Positions 8,398 to 17,674 of a stretch of 20,000 nt of DNA are shown one piece after another (within the stretch, counting starts at the first letter, position 1; each line of letters begins with the position of its first letter). Source of the DNA: an uncultured virus (IMG/VR IMGVR_UViG_3300026488_000238) (lineage: Duplodnaviria; Heunggongvirae; Uroviricota; Caudoviricetes); the IMG/VR virus record IMGVR_UViG_3300026488_000238, one strand, 5' to 3'. The translations under genes were made by a program, and so were the position numbers. The notes under the pieces are model-generated. The model had not been told where the DNA came from, did not search any database, and saw nothing but the letters and a program-made list of their open reading frames with translations.

Positions 8398-9412
8398 TAA
8401 AATTGGTGTAGTAATTCCTAATATTTATCAAATCGGAGCAGCAGTTGATCAAAATGTAGATTTAGAGTTAGTTTATTCTGTTTTAAAGCAAGATAAAAAA
8501 GAATACAATGGCGTATTGATATTATCAAATAAAAACAAGCATAATGTAATGCCTTATTCACAATTCTTGCGCATGATTAGAACATTATCTAGCGTAATTT
8601 TAATTACATTTGATTCACAAACACTGGAGACCTTTATGCGGGAAAAATTGGGAATTACTAACCAAATGCAAATTAATGCTGTTTTAATGCGCTATCGTGG
8701 CATTATCACTAAAATTGCACAAGAGTTGCAAAAGACTAGATTAGTATTCATCATTAATGCCAAAGACGCAATAAAGCTTGGTATTCTTGCAAAAAATCCA
8801 CAAGACGCCGGCCTTGTATTGCAACGTATCGATAATCCTAATCCTGTATCGATGGAAGACATTGTGGAATTGTTAACTGGAATTGCTCGTATTGTAAACG
8901 AAGTGGATATTATTTACAAACAAGGATTGTCTGCTATTACAAATAATGAAGATAGCAGATACTTTATAGCGTTTCCATCAAAATTTAAGCAATTTATAAA
9001 CAAAATTAAGAAAGCAGAAGAGCGTGGAGAAATTTATGCAGTAGAATATTTGCTTCCGACAGTTTGGACAGCCACAATGACTACGACGTATGAAGATCGT
9101 AAGAAGAATCTTTTATCCTACTCGATAATCGTGTTAATATTAGCGTTAACGCTATTTTTCCCGAAATTTTCTGTAACTACATCGTTTGGAAACTCAACAG
9201 ATGTTACCATGGTTAATCTTTGGGGAAAAATAATCACGCCGCCGACAGTGCGAGTGTTTGATAAAATATACGACAACGATTTAAAGAAATTAACAGTAGA
9301 TATTCCGACGCCAAAAGAGTTTAAAGGACTAGATATCTTATTTATTCCTCCGTCAGGTGGTGAACAGCAAAGTGCGACAGGCAATCAAACAGCTACTACA
9401 AATAATCACTAA
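8384..9412 (+). CDS. Membrane protein, possible divergent PilC/GspF (T2SSF)-like platform, 342 aa
   Basis: SD AAGGAGG; helical segment RIVNEVDIIYKQGLS...FINKIKKAEERGEI...YEDRKKNLL followed by a TM (SYSIIVLILALTLFFP), resembling one T2SSF domain plus TM. Directly precedes two T4P ATPases. Confidence 0.35.
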   Translation: MGKNSKIGVVIPNIYQIGAAVDQNVDLELVYSVLKQDKKEYNGVLILSNKNKHNVMPYSQFLRMIRTLSSVILITFDSQTLETFMREKLGITNQMQINAVLMRYRGIITKIAQELQKTRLVFIINAKDAIKLGILAKNPQDAGLVLQRIDNPNPVSMEDIVELLTGIARIVNEVDIIYKQGLSAITNNEDSRYFIAFPSKFKQFINKIKKAEERGEIYAVEYLLPTVWTATMTTTYEDRKKNLLSYSIIVLILALTLFFPKFSVTTSFGNSTDVTMVNLWGKIITPPTVRVFDKIYDNDLKKLTVDIPTPKEFKGLDILFIPPSGGEQQSATGNQTATTNNH

Positions 9413-10439
9413 GTGGAACACCGATATTATTTTTCCAACGTTTATGTTAAACGGCGATTTAAAATTGCAACAAATAGATATGTTTTGGCGTGTTGAAAAT
9501 GGAAATGAGGGAACGCAGCTTGTATCTGACACTTTTTTTCTTCGCACACATGGACAAACACAAAAAATAAAAGTAGAAGACAAATTGCGTATTAATATTC
9601 CAGAACAACTAATTACAATTTACACAGATATTGAACACGCTTGGGAATATGCTCGATTTTTCATAAGACACAAAGGATATGGTTGGCGTTATACTATCTC
9701 ATGGGCGGCAAATACGGATATGCTTTTCATTACTGGAAGAATTTTAAAACAATTTGACACAAAAATATATGGAAATCTTGATGAAAAGGTAATCCAAAAC
9801 ATTTTAGAACATGGTGGCTTAACACTTATTGCCGGTGATTATAAACAGGGTAAAACAACTTTAGCGTATACATTATTAAGAAAATTCATAGGTACAGAAT
9901 TAAGGGCAGTATCTACCTTAGAAGATCCAATAGAACAGGTTTTACCTCCGCCGGCGAGACAGAGAGACATTGCAGAAATGCATTGGGTAAAGTACATTCC
10001 TTTGGTAATGCGAGAAGGCGCTGAAATAGTATTTTTTGGAGAAATCACAACGGGGAGGACGGCTTATTTAATGATGCAATATGCTGTTTCAGGTTTACCA
10101 ACATTAGCAACGATACACGCTTCGGCGCCGGATCAGATATTACCACGCTTTGCTGAATTAATTCGCAGTGAAAGAGAAGGAGAATTTCCATTTTCCTTTA
10201 TTACACAAACGCTATGGGTTAAATTAGAACATATTAATGGGGAACTTGTGCAAATTATAGACTGGATGGATTGGTATTCTGTAAGAAAAATGGGACTGCC
10301 GCCAACAGAGCACGCATATGGTAGGCTTCCTATGGTTAATATCAGAAACTCTATAGACAATTCGCCACCAGTTTACGGCCAAGTGTATATTTCTTATGAA
10401 CAGTATAAAAACATGGTGCTTAATATGCTACAATCATAA
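9372..10439 (+). CDS. PilT/PilU-like (PulE/VirB11 family) traffic ATPase, divergent
   Basis: Walker A GDYKQGKT (9834..9857), Asp box TLEDPIE, Walker B IVFFGEI, His box LATIHA; PilT-like size. Start moved from 9357 to GTG 9372, 8 nt after SD AGGTGGTGA, giving MRQAIKQLLQIITKWNTDIIF. Confidence 0.8.
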   Translation: MRQAIKQLLQIITKWNTDIIFPTFMLNGDLKLQQIDMFWRVENGNEGTQLVSDTFFLRTHGQTQKIKVEDKLRINIPEQLITIYTDIEHAWEYARFFIRHKGYGWRYTISWAANTDMLFITGRILKQFDTKIYGNLDEKVIQNILEHGGLTLIAGDYKQGKTTLAYTLLRKFIGTELRAVSTLEDPIEQVLPPPARQRDIAEMHWVKYIPLVMREGAEIVFFGEITTGRTAYLMMQYAVSGLPTLATIHASAPDQILPRFAELIRSEREGEFPFSFITQTLWVKLEHINGELVQIIDWMDWYSVRKMGLPPTEHAYGRLPMVNIRNSIDNSPPVYGQVYISYEQYKNMVLNMLQS

Positions 10440-10456
10440 AAGGAGGGGAATAACAG

Positions 10457-12862
10457 GTGGCCAATAAATACTATACGGCGTTTACCGTAATAGAAACGGA
10501 TAATGTTGTAGAACATCAGGAAAACATTATCCTTGATCAAACAGTAAGAGAATATCGTTCACCATTTCTTGTTGCTGAGGAAAAAATTATGATACGTGCA
10601 TCGGATAATGTGCACAATGAAATATTTAGCATGTTTGAAAGCTCTCGCATTTTCACAATAGATTCAGAAAATGATGATCTATATTATATTACTATCAACA
10701 AGCCGGATGTAATCAAGAATGTTGCATTTCATTATCGTGAGGCTCTAAAGAAAGTAGATATTAAAGATTTTGATTTCTCTGAATTCTTTAAAGCTGTTAT
10801 AAATGATGTCTTAAAAAATGGTAATATTGTGCGATTTGGTATTGGACTAAATGCAGATAAAATAGCGTGGAATATTGATAACATTGATATATTAGGAGAT
10901 GTTTCCTCTCTGCCGGATGCTGCTACACCAGAATTAATAGTACATACGCCACTTAGCAAGGATTTAATAGAAAACAAACAGCTAATTAATCTTAATATTT
11001 TCACAATCACGCGTAAAGAGAATGACGGCATATACGTATATGTGGCATTAGATACTCCGATTCGTTTCCAAGATACTTTTAAGGTATTCTTAATGGAATT
11101 AAAAAAAGAGAACAAGCCAGTATTCTTTTACTTTTTACCGCCGGGAATTTATCAAGCTTTATTAATGCGTGTGTTTCATACGTGGTTACAAACTTTAGAT
11201 AAAGTAGAATTATTATTTGAGTTCCATCATACGATTGCCAAAGAAATATTGGGACACGCTGAACGATCGATAGAGTCATTTAAAACAATAGTTGATAAAG
11301 CTCTGCAAATGAAATTTAATGAGATTAAATTCCGTGTGTTGCATCAAAAAAATGATATACCGCAAAAAGTAAACATATACTTTAGTGATGGCACTCAGCA
11401 TGTGTTTTACAAATCAGAATATCTTCCAATTTATTATAAACAGTTTTTATCTCTTATTGAGAATGTAGATATAACACTGGCGCAATTATTAGATAAACCC
11501 TATGATTTTTCTATAACAATTGGCAACCAAGATTTGCGTGTAGCAACGATACCAATTGGTAGAACAGCGATTCTTGCGCGTAATTCTGGGATTCTTGCAC
11601 CCTCAATGACAGTGAGAATCAGAACAGCGCAGAGTGTGCTTGATTCATTGTATAAAATGGGTCATGCTCCTACCGTTTATCCACGTTTTGCTTTATATAT
11701 TATGCCAAATCAATTTTCACCGCGCCCAGTATCTGGCGCTATTTATCTTGCCGGTGAAATGCATTCAGGTAAATCAACATTTGCAATAACATTTCAAAAG
11801 ATGTTATTTAATAAAGGTGTTGTTGACGTATTTGCGATGGAAGACCCGATTGAAGAAGTAGTTGAAGAATTTTCGCAATTTGACTTATCTGTTCAAGCTG
11901 AGAGTATAGAACAAATTGAAGAGAAAAAACGCAACAAGGCATTGGCATTTGTTAAATCAGTCTTGCGTCACGATCCATCTTTGATAAACGTAGGAGAAAT
12001 CAGAGACGCGGATATGTTATCTGCGTTTATCCAAATAGCGTTGTCTGGTAAGCCTTCTATGGCCACTATTCACGCGCCGAATTTACCATCAATCTTTGAT
12101 AAACTTAATGAACTTAAAGCTTCACCTGAACAAATGGTGAACGTAACAACGGCATTGGTGTTTCTTACATTATTACCGGCAGTACAACCCAAATATCTGA
12201 TACAGTTACCGCTTTTTGACAAAAACGGCAAACCAAATAGGGAAACGATGGCAAGACTTGAGGAGAGACTTGAAGAATTGTCAAATAGAGCGATATATTC
12301 CAGGCAAGATATAGAAAAAATAAAACGCACATATTTAGGCCCTTATTATATTTACGAAGCATTATTAGAATTTGTTATGGCTTTGGCAGTATTAGTGGAA
12401 CATTTCAGAGCAGATGGTGACGCTGATGGTCTAGCTTTTGCAAGGCGATGGTTAAAGGAATTGCTTACTAATCCAAAGATCTATTTATTAAATGAAACAA
12501 AAGTAAGGCAGCTTCCTAAACAATCGCTAATATATTTATCTGGTAAAAAGGTGCAAGCAGGTTCTTTCTGGTTATTAACAGCGGAAGACAAGGCGGAGTT
12601 ATATAAAATTATGAAACATGGTATAAGTCATAAGAATATACGCATTATTGCAAGGAGGTCAGATAATTTTGTATCTATGGATGAAGAATTGTTATGGAAT
12701 GTAATTACGGGCGCTATATCTTATGAGCATGCGATTGACAGGCTAGTAAAACATCAGGAAATTTATCCTTTTGCAAAAATGAGTCAAGAAGAGCTTGAAG
12801 AACGTTTAAATGTAACATCGGATTTAATTAGTAAAGCCCGCGAACGTATAATTGGAAAATAA
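10457..12862 (+). CDS. PilB/GspE-like extension ATPase, divergent, 801 aa
   Basis: GTG start after AAAGGAGGGG; DLRVATIP and MTVRIR arginine motifs, Walker A GEMHSGKS (11753..11776), Asp box AMEDPIE, LRHDPSLINVGEIRD, His box MATIHA; long N-terminal extension. Confidence 0.88.
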   Translation: MANKYYTAFTVIETDNVVEHQENIILDQTVREYRSPFLVAEEKIMIRASDNVHNEIFSMFESSRIFTIDSENDDLYYITINKPDVIKNVAFHYREALKKVDIKDFDFSEFFKAVINDVLKNGNIVRFGIGLNADKIAWNIDNIDILGDVSSLPDAATPELIVHTPLSKDLIENKQLINLNIFTITRKENDGIYVYVALDTPIRFQDTFKVFLMELKKENKPVFFYFLPPGIYQALLMRVFHTWLQTLDKVELLFEFHHTIAKEILGHAERSIESFKTIVDKALQMKFNEIKFRVLHQKNDIPQKVNIYFSDGTQHVFYKSEYLPIYYKQFLSLIENVDITLAQLLDKPYDFSITIGNQDLRVATIPIGRTAILARNSGILAPSMTVRIRTAQSVLDSLYKMGHAPTVYPRFALYIMPNQFSPRPVSGAIYLAGEMHSGKSTFAITFQKMLFNKGVVDVFAMEDPIEEVVEEFSQFDLSVQAESIEQIEEKKRNKALAFVKSVLRHDPSLINVGEIRDADMLSAFIQIALSGKPSMATIHAPNLPSIFDKLNELKASPEQMVNVTTALVFLTLLPAVQPKYLIQLPLFDKNGKPNRETMARLEERLEELSNRAIYSRQDIEKIKRTYLGPYYIYEALLEFVMALAVLVEHFRADGDADGLAFARRWLKELLTNPKIYLLNETKVRQLPKQSLIYLSGKKVQAGSFWLLTAEDKAELYKIMKHGISHKNIRIIARRSDNFVSMDEELLWNVITGAISYEHAIDRLVKHQEIYPFAKMSQEELEERLNVTSDLISKARERIIGK

Positions 12863-12882
12863 ATATTCATAGGAGGAGGTAG

Positions 12883-13200
12883 ATGTTAAATATGCTAACA
12901 GTGAAAACCAAAAAGAAAAATGACAAGAACACAAAAAAGGTGGTTAAAGCATTGTTTGACAATTATGATCTCATTGCGCCACATGTTGCTAGGACATATA
13001 AACTATTTTATCCGGAAGAGTTTGCATGGGTACCTGGAACGCCCACAACAGAAGATGTACAAATTACGCAACGCACAAGTGAGTTTTTGCAGCGATATGT
13101 TGACAAGCAATCGATGCTAGTAATTCTATCAACAATAATTGCGATATATAAGGAGGAATTAAGCAATGACAGACGGGACAGATCCGAAGGAAATATTTGA
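12883..13200 (+). CDS. Hypothetical protein, 105 aa
   Basis: SD AGGAGGAGGT immediately upstream; basic N-terminus; overlaps the next gene. Confidence 0.75.
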   Translation: MLNMLTVKTKKKNDKNTKKVVKALFDNYDLIAPHVARTYKLFYPEEFAWVPGTPTTEDVQITQRTSEFLQRYVDKQSMLVILSTIIAIYKEELSNDRRDRSEGNI

Positions 13201-14008
13201 AGAAATATTTTCTGTTAGTCCGACGATTAACAAAAACAAAGACGAACAGCACACTATTGTTTTGCCTGAGAGTGATAGTGTAACGATTAAAGATAAACGA
13301 ACTAAATCTAATAATAACTTTTTATCGTTAGAAGAACTAGCATTAGAATATTTGAAAAAAACAGCGCAAAGAGTTTTTATTCCATTTACACCGGAAGATC
13401 ATTTGGCGACAATTAAAGAAAAAGCAGCATCTGTTGCTACAACCCTTTCCACACAAATGCCGGTAACAGATATTACAAAAACTAGTCAGCATGTGTTTGC
13501 ATTGATGATATTAGATGTTATACCGTTAGAAGTAGGCGCTTACGGTTTTGATATTAAGAGACTCATGATACCATCTATTGCAGAAATTACTTCCATTCCT
13601 GAAGAAATCGCAAAATCTGTGGCACGCATTTATCTTTCTGACTTTTTTGCAATGGACCAAAAAAGGCAACAACAACTTGCATTATCTTTTGTAAATGCAT
13701 TAAGTGTAATGAATAGCGAGATTCAGCGTGGTAATATAAGCCAAGAGGCTATTTTAGCAACTTATCCTTATTTGTGGGGGGCTACAGATGCAGTATTATC
13801 GTTATACTCTTACGATTTTTCCGAAGAAATTGTGATGGATATTTACAAGGCATTAGTACCGTTATTAGAACATGTATTAATAAAACGTTCTTTCTTGGAC
13901 CTTTTACCTGGAAGCACTACTGAATATATTAATAGATTATCTTTTACATTTAAAATTGCTTTTAATATTAACTATCTCGCTTCCAAATATGCAATGGATG
14001 TTAAATAA
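13166..14008 (+). CDS. Hypothetical alpha-helical protein, 280 aa
   Basis: SD AAGGAGG 9 nt upstream of ATG; no recognisable motif. Confidence 0.85.
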   Translation: MTDGTDPKEIFEEIFSVSPTINKNKDEQHTIVLPESDSVTIKDKRTKSNNNFLSLEELALEYLKKTAQRVFIPFTPEDHLATIKEKAASVATTLSTQMPVTDITKTSQHVFALMILDVIPLEVGAYGFDIKRLMIPSIAEITSIPEEIAKSVARIYLSDFFAMDQKRQQQLALSFVNALSVMNSEIQRGNISQEAILATYPYLWGATDAVLSLYSYDFSEEIVMDIYKALVPLLEHVLIKRSFLDLLPGSTTEYINRLSFTFKIAFNINYLASKYAMDVK

Positions 14009-14013
14009 AGCAT

Positions 14014-14045
14014 TTGTCAAGTCTTTGTTGTGCTCGATTTATAAT
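14014..14045 (+). promoter_or_regulatory. Possible internal promoter ahead of the pseudopilin-like genes
   Basis: 73-nt intergenic gap with perfect TATAAT (14040..14045); TTGTCA at 14014..14019 but with an atypical 20-nt spacer. Confidence 0.35.
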
Positions 14046-14081
14046 TATTGTGGCAATTAATAAATTGGGAGGGGATTAGCT

Positions 14082-14837
14082 ATGTGGCTTGAAGATAAAA
14101 TTATTCATTTTCTAGTAGTGCTTACAATATTGGTAATTATTGTTATTGCTGGCCTTGGAGGATTGGCATGGATAGAATTACAACAATCTGCTACTGTGAT
14201 GGCTATGCGTGATGAAACAAGCGCACAAATAGAAAGCGTTGAATATGATTTAACAAATAAAATCAATGAAATTAAAATTAATATGAAACAAACTTATTAT
14301 ACGTCGCAGCATTTAAAAGATTTTGTGGCGCAGTATGTTGATATATCTTTTCTTGATTGGATAGCAAATAATAAGATTCAGTCAGATCTTTTTATAACTG
14401 ATGCACGTTTTATTCCTAATAAGGATGGGCTTTCTTATAATTTTTGCCTTAACGCACAATTAATGCAAGATGTTAATCCTAATAACTTTTATTTTAATAA
14501 CTTTACGGTTACAGCTACTCAAGGACAAGTTAACATTTGCATAAACAGGATACCCACAAAAGAAATTATGCAAATTGCAGAACAATATATTAATAACGAC
14601 ACTGGAGCTAAAAAGTTCTTTAGTTTTCTAAAATATGACATATTGCAAATAGATATTGAAGCGTACGGCATTACTCGTTTGAGATTTATAGTGCATAATA
14701 CTTCGGATACGTTAAAATTATATGCAAAACGATATGCATATAATAATATGGCACACACATTAAAATATTCGCGATATTTATGGGATATTAATTTTGAGCA
14801 AGGAATAGTTGACATTTATGTAGGAGGTGGTATGTAA
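14082..14837 (+). CDS. N-terminally membrane-anchored protein, pseudopilin-like, 251 aa
   Basis: SD GGGAGGGG; hydrophobic N-terminus FLVVLTILVIIVIAGLGGLAW then a long amphipathic helix and beta-rich domain with two Cys. No class III cleavage site. Confidence 0.55.
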   Translation: MWLEDKIIHFLVVLTILVIIVIAGLGGLAWIELQQSATVMAMRDETSAQIESVEYDLTNKINEIKINMKQTYYTSQHLKDFVAQYVDISFLDWIANNKIQSDLFITDARFIPNKDGLSYNFCLNAQLMQDVNPNNFYFNNFTVTATQGQVNICINRIPTKEIMQIAEQYINNDTGAKKFFSFLKYDILQIDIEAYGITRLRFIVHNTSDTLKLYAKRYAYNNMAHTLKYSRYLWDINFEQGIVDIYVGGGM

Positions 14838-14838
14838 T

Positions 14839-15198
14839 ATGAATGCATTAATGCAGGCTGTTGCAAGTATTTTAATATCGATAATAATCATAACTGGCAC
14901 ATTATATATTGCGATAAGCACTGCGCCAAGGATGCCGTTTGATTTACCAAAGGGGGTATATATGCAAGCGGTAGTGACTGACTTACCTGGAAACGTCAAA
15001 GTTGTATACAAAGACGCTGCGGGGCAATGGAAATATGAAAACCTAAGCGTTGCCTTATCACAACACAAGGCAGAAAAAATAGGGCCAATTAAATATCTGA
15101 CAAAGACATCAGAAAAAGCGACCGCTACTGGTGATTTATATATAAGTGAAGACATAAATGTATTTTTCGTTACGCCAATGACAATAGGAGGTGAATAA
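14839..15198 (+). CDS. Small N-terminally anchored protein, pseudopilin-like, 119 aa
   Basis: Start reassigned from 14827 to ATG 14839, after SD AGGAGGTGG and 1 nt after the upstream stop. N-terminal TM AVASILISIIIITGTLYIAI. Confidence 0.6.
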   Translation: MNALMQAVASILISIIIITGTLYIAISTAPRMPFDLPKGVYMQAVVTDLPGNVKVVYKDAAGQWKYENLSVALSQHKAEKIGPIKYLTKTSEKATATGDLYISEDINVFFVTPMTIGGE

Positions 15199-15204
15199 TA
15201 GGCT

Positions 15205-15942
15205 ATGGATGAATTAGGAATAGCCATATTAATTAGTTTTCTGATATTCGGATTATTTACTATATCTCTTACAAGCACGTGGCAAAGTGCAGCGCCACAA
15301 ATGAAGGAACAGAATTTCGCGGCAACATTGAATTATATTATTAATTTTCTTTACATGCAATCATACGAAGGAAAAACATTAGACGATTTAACACAGCCAA
15401 TTACGAAAGACGGTGTGACACTGCAAGCATGGATGTGGGATATACAAGATGGAACATGGTGTTATAACGTACAAGACGCATTAAACACATTGCCTGATTT
15501 TGTGAAAGATAAAGTGGGGCTTGAATACGTGAAGCAATACATACAAGAAAATGCTGATAGAATTCAACAATTTGCAATGAATGAAAATACATGCCTTTAT
15601 GTATATACGCACAGAGGCAGACGGGCAATTATTGATTATTGGAGTTTGCATAAATGCTCTGAGTTTGATGCAGACAATATGCCGGCAGTGTGTGCTGGTT
15701 GTCCCACATGCGGAGTGTTAGAGGCAAAGAAAATAAGCCAAATAGGGATAGAAGAGTTAAATGGTTTGCAATATATTGGCTTTCGCCCTTATACCAATAC
15801 AGCAACGGTGGCTGACAACATTGATCCGACAATAATGTCGTCGTTAAAATCGGGAGAAGCAGTGGATTTAGACGGATATTACAGCGCTGATGGTGGTGTA
15901 GCAAATACAGATCCAATATATCAATATTTAAGCACTAGATAA
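15205..15942 (+). CDS. N-terminally anchored Cys-rich protein, possible minor pilin or adhesin, 245 aa
   Basis: SD GGAGGTGA; MDELGIAILISFLIFGLFTISL hydrophobic N-terminus; six Cys including CAGCPTC. Confidence 0.6.
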   Translation: MDELGIAILISFLIFGLFTISLTSTWQSAAPQMKEQNFAATLNYIINFLYMQSYEGKTLDDLTQPITKDGVTLQAWMWDIQDGTWCYNVQDALNTLPDFVKDKVGLEYVKQYIQENADRIQQFAMNENTCLYVYTHRGRRAIIDYWSLHKCSEFDADNMPAVCAGCPTCGVLEAKKISQIGIEELNGLQYIGFRPYTNTATVADNIDPTIMSSLKSGEAVDLDGYYSADGGVANTDPIYQYLSTR

Positions 15943-15958
15943 AGGAGGTGAATAAGCC

Positions 15959-16300
15959 TTGTTGGGTGACAAAAATCCTTTTCTTATAGTTGAAACTGTT
16001 AAGTATGATGGTTCTTTGCCGGAGGATAATACTCTAATTATGCAGGAGCTATATTATGGCTTATCTTTGTATTCTTTGGTAGAGGTAAAAATGATTGACG
16101 AAGATGGAGAAATGATACGATCTTATGACCCAAGAATGTTAGCTAGTGTTTTTGATAATCTCAAAGGTGCTATTCCACATCCGGAAAAAGTGGCAGAATA
16201 TAAAAAAGATTTAAAATCGCGCATTGAGCCAAAAGACCTTGCTATTCTGGACGTTGTTATTAGTGATCTTATAAGCGCAAAAAAGGAGGAGAATAAATAA
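15959..16300 (+). CDS. Hypothetical protein, 113 aa
   Basis: TTG start after a perfect AAAGGAGGTGA SD. Confidence 0.8.
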   Translation: MLGDKNPFLIVETVKYDGSLPEDNTLIMQELYYGLSLYSLVEVKMIDEDGEMIRSYDPRMLASVFDNLKGAIPHPEKVAEYKKDLKSRIEPKDLAILDVVISDLISAKKEENK

Positions 16301-16301
16301 G

Positions 16302-17093
16302 ATGGTGTGGAATAAATTAAAAAAAGTTCTATTAGGCCAAAAATTAACAGGTTCAGATAAAAAAGTAAATGTATATCAGGCAAAATTATCAATTAAGGCC
16401 AGCAATACAAGCGGAGAATTATTAAAAACATGGAATGAAAAATTTTATGAAACACTAATTGAAGCCTTATCTTCTGTTGCCGTGTTAAACATTCCGGGCG
16501 TATGGAGTGGTTTTGAATGGCAATGGGATCCTGTAGCAGCCGCGCGCAAAGAAGGGCAAATAGAATATGGATATATTGTTGGAAATAGCATACTTTTATC
16601 TCCGCTAATTAGAGAAATGGATTTACCTGATAAATTAGCAATAATTACTGCGACGCAACAAAAAGCGTATATAAAGAATAATCATGATTTTATTGCTGCT
16701 CGTGCGGCAAAAGGCATTATTGCTACGCGGCTGCTAGGTGAAGAAATTGTAATTTATAATGAGCTACATATAGAATTTAATCGCGGTTTTAGTGAAGATA
16801 TAAGGCTTTATAGCACCTCTCAATTTATTAGAGTTCCATTGCAAACAGATTTTCACGCCCTATTTGCGCTACATTTATCAGGAGGTTTAACTAGACACAA
16901 AAGATTTGTAACATATCGCCCAAAAGCTTTTATGACAAAGCATGTCTATAATCGTTATAATACGATGGCAGAAGATACAAAAATAATATCTCGTCTTATT
17001 GTACCAGAACCAGCGGAAATGCAAGTTGAGACTTTCTTTGCTTTGGCTAATGTTAATGCTAGCAAATATTTATGGCAGGTGAATCTGAAATGA
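16302..17093 (+). CDS. Hypothetical protein, 263 aa
   Basis: SD AAGGAGG within the upstream gene end; ATG 1 nt after its stop. Confidence 0.85.
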   Translation: MVWNKLKKVLLGQKLTGSDKKVNVYQAKLSIKASNTSGELLKTWNEKFYETLIEALSSVAVLNIPGVWSGFEWQWDPVAAARKEGQIEYGYIVGNSILLSPLIREMDLPDKLAIITATQQKAYIKNNHDFIAARAAKGIIATRLLGEEIVIYNELHIEFNRGFSEDIRLYSTSQFIRVPLQTDFHALFALHLSGGLTRHKRFVTYRPKAFMTKHVYNRYNTMAEDTKIISRLIVPEPAEMQVETFFALANVNASKYLWQVNLK

Positions 17094-17674
17094 AGTATTT
17101 ATTATTTGAAAACAAACTTTATGCGTTTGATAACAATATTTTTGAAGAAATTGTTGCTCTTGATAAGCCACAAGCTGCATTTTTTTTATTTAGAAATAAT
17201 ACGGCAATTATTGGTAATGACAAACATTTAGAAGATGTTAGCATTTTTATACCGTCAGATTTTAACATTGCGCGATATGCCCATCTTGCTGTAGATAGTC
17301 AAATAGTTGTTAGCCTTGATGAAATTAAACAGAAATATCAACCATTAGGATTAATACCGCAGTCATGGACCGTGAAAACGCATAGCAGACTGATACAATT
17401 GCCTTTTTGGTTGCCATTGATTGCTGTTCGTTCAAATGATACAGAACAGGTGCTGGCACTATTAAAATTTGCCGGAGTTGTTATATGGCCCCAGGCGCTG
17501 ATGGATAGTTTGTTTAATTGTTTCATGGGACAGCCTTGGAATAAAAATATAGATAATTACATTACATTTATGAAAGTTAAAAATACCCCTTATATGGTCT
17601 TTGATAATAAGTTAGCCGCCCCAATGAGAAAAATTACATGGCTAAACGAGGTGAAACGCTTATGTGGGCGGTAA
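17090..17674 (+). CDS. Hypothetical protein, 194 aa
   Basis: Start reassigned from 17072 to ATG 17090 (ATGA overlap with upstream stop, SD AGGTGA 7 nt upstream). Confidence 0.8.
   Translation: MKYLLFENKLYAFDNNIFEEIVALDKPQAAFFLFRNNTAIIGNDKHLEDVSIFIPSDFNIARYAHLAVDSQIVVSLDEIKQKYQPLGLIPQSWTVKTHSRLIQLPFWLPLIAVRSNDTEQVLALLKFAGVVIWPQALMDSLFNCFMGQPWNKNIDNYITFMKVKNTPYMVFDNKLAAPMRKITWLNEVKRLCGR

Noticed and set aside
15691..15711. Radical SAM, ferredoxin or c-type heme motif
   Set aside because: Spacing is CxxCxxC, not CxxxCxxC; there is no fourth CxxxCP cysteine and no CxxCH.
2179..17526. Short minus-strand and alternate-frame ORFs in the track (e.g. 2179..2544, 2968..3279, 10732..11115, 12920..13120, 14778..15278)
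   Set aside because: They lie almost wholly within long SD-bearing plus-strand genes and look like shadow frames.
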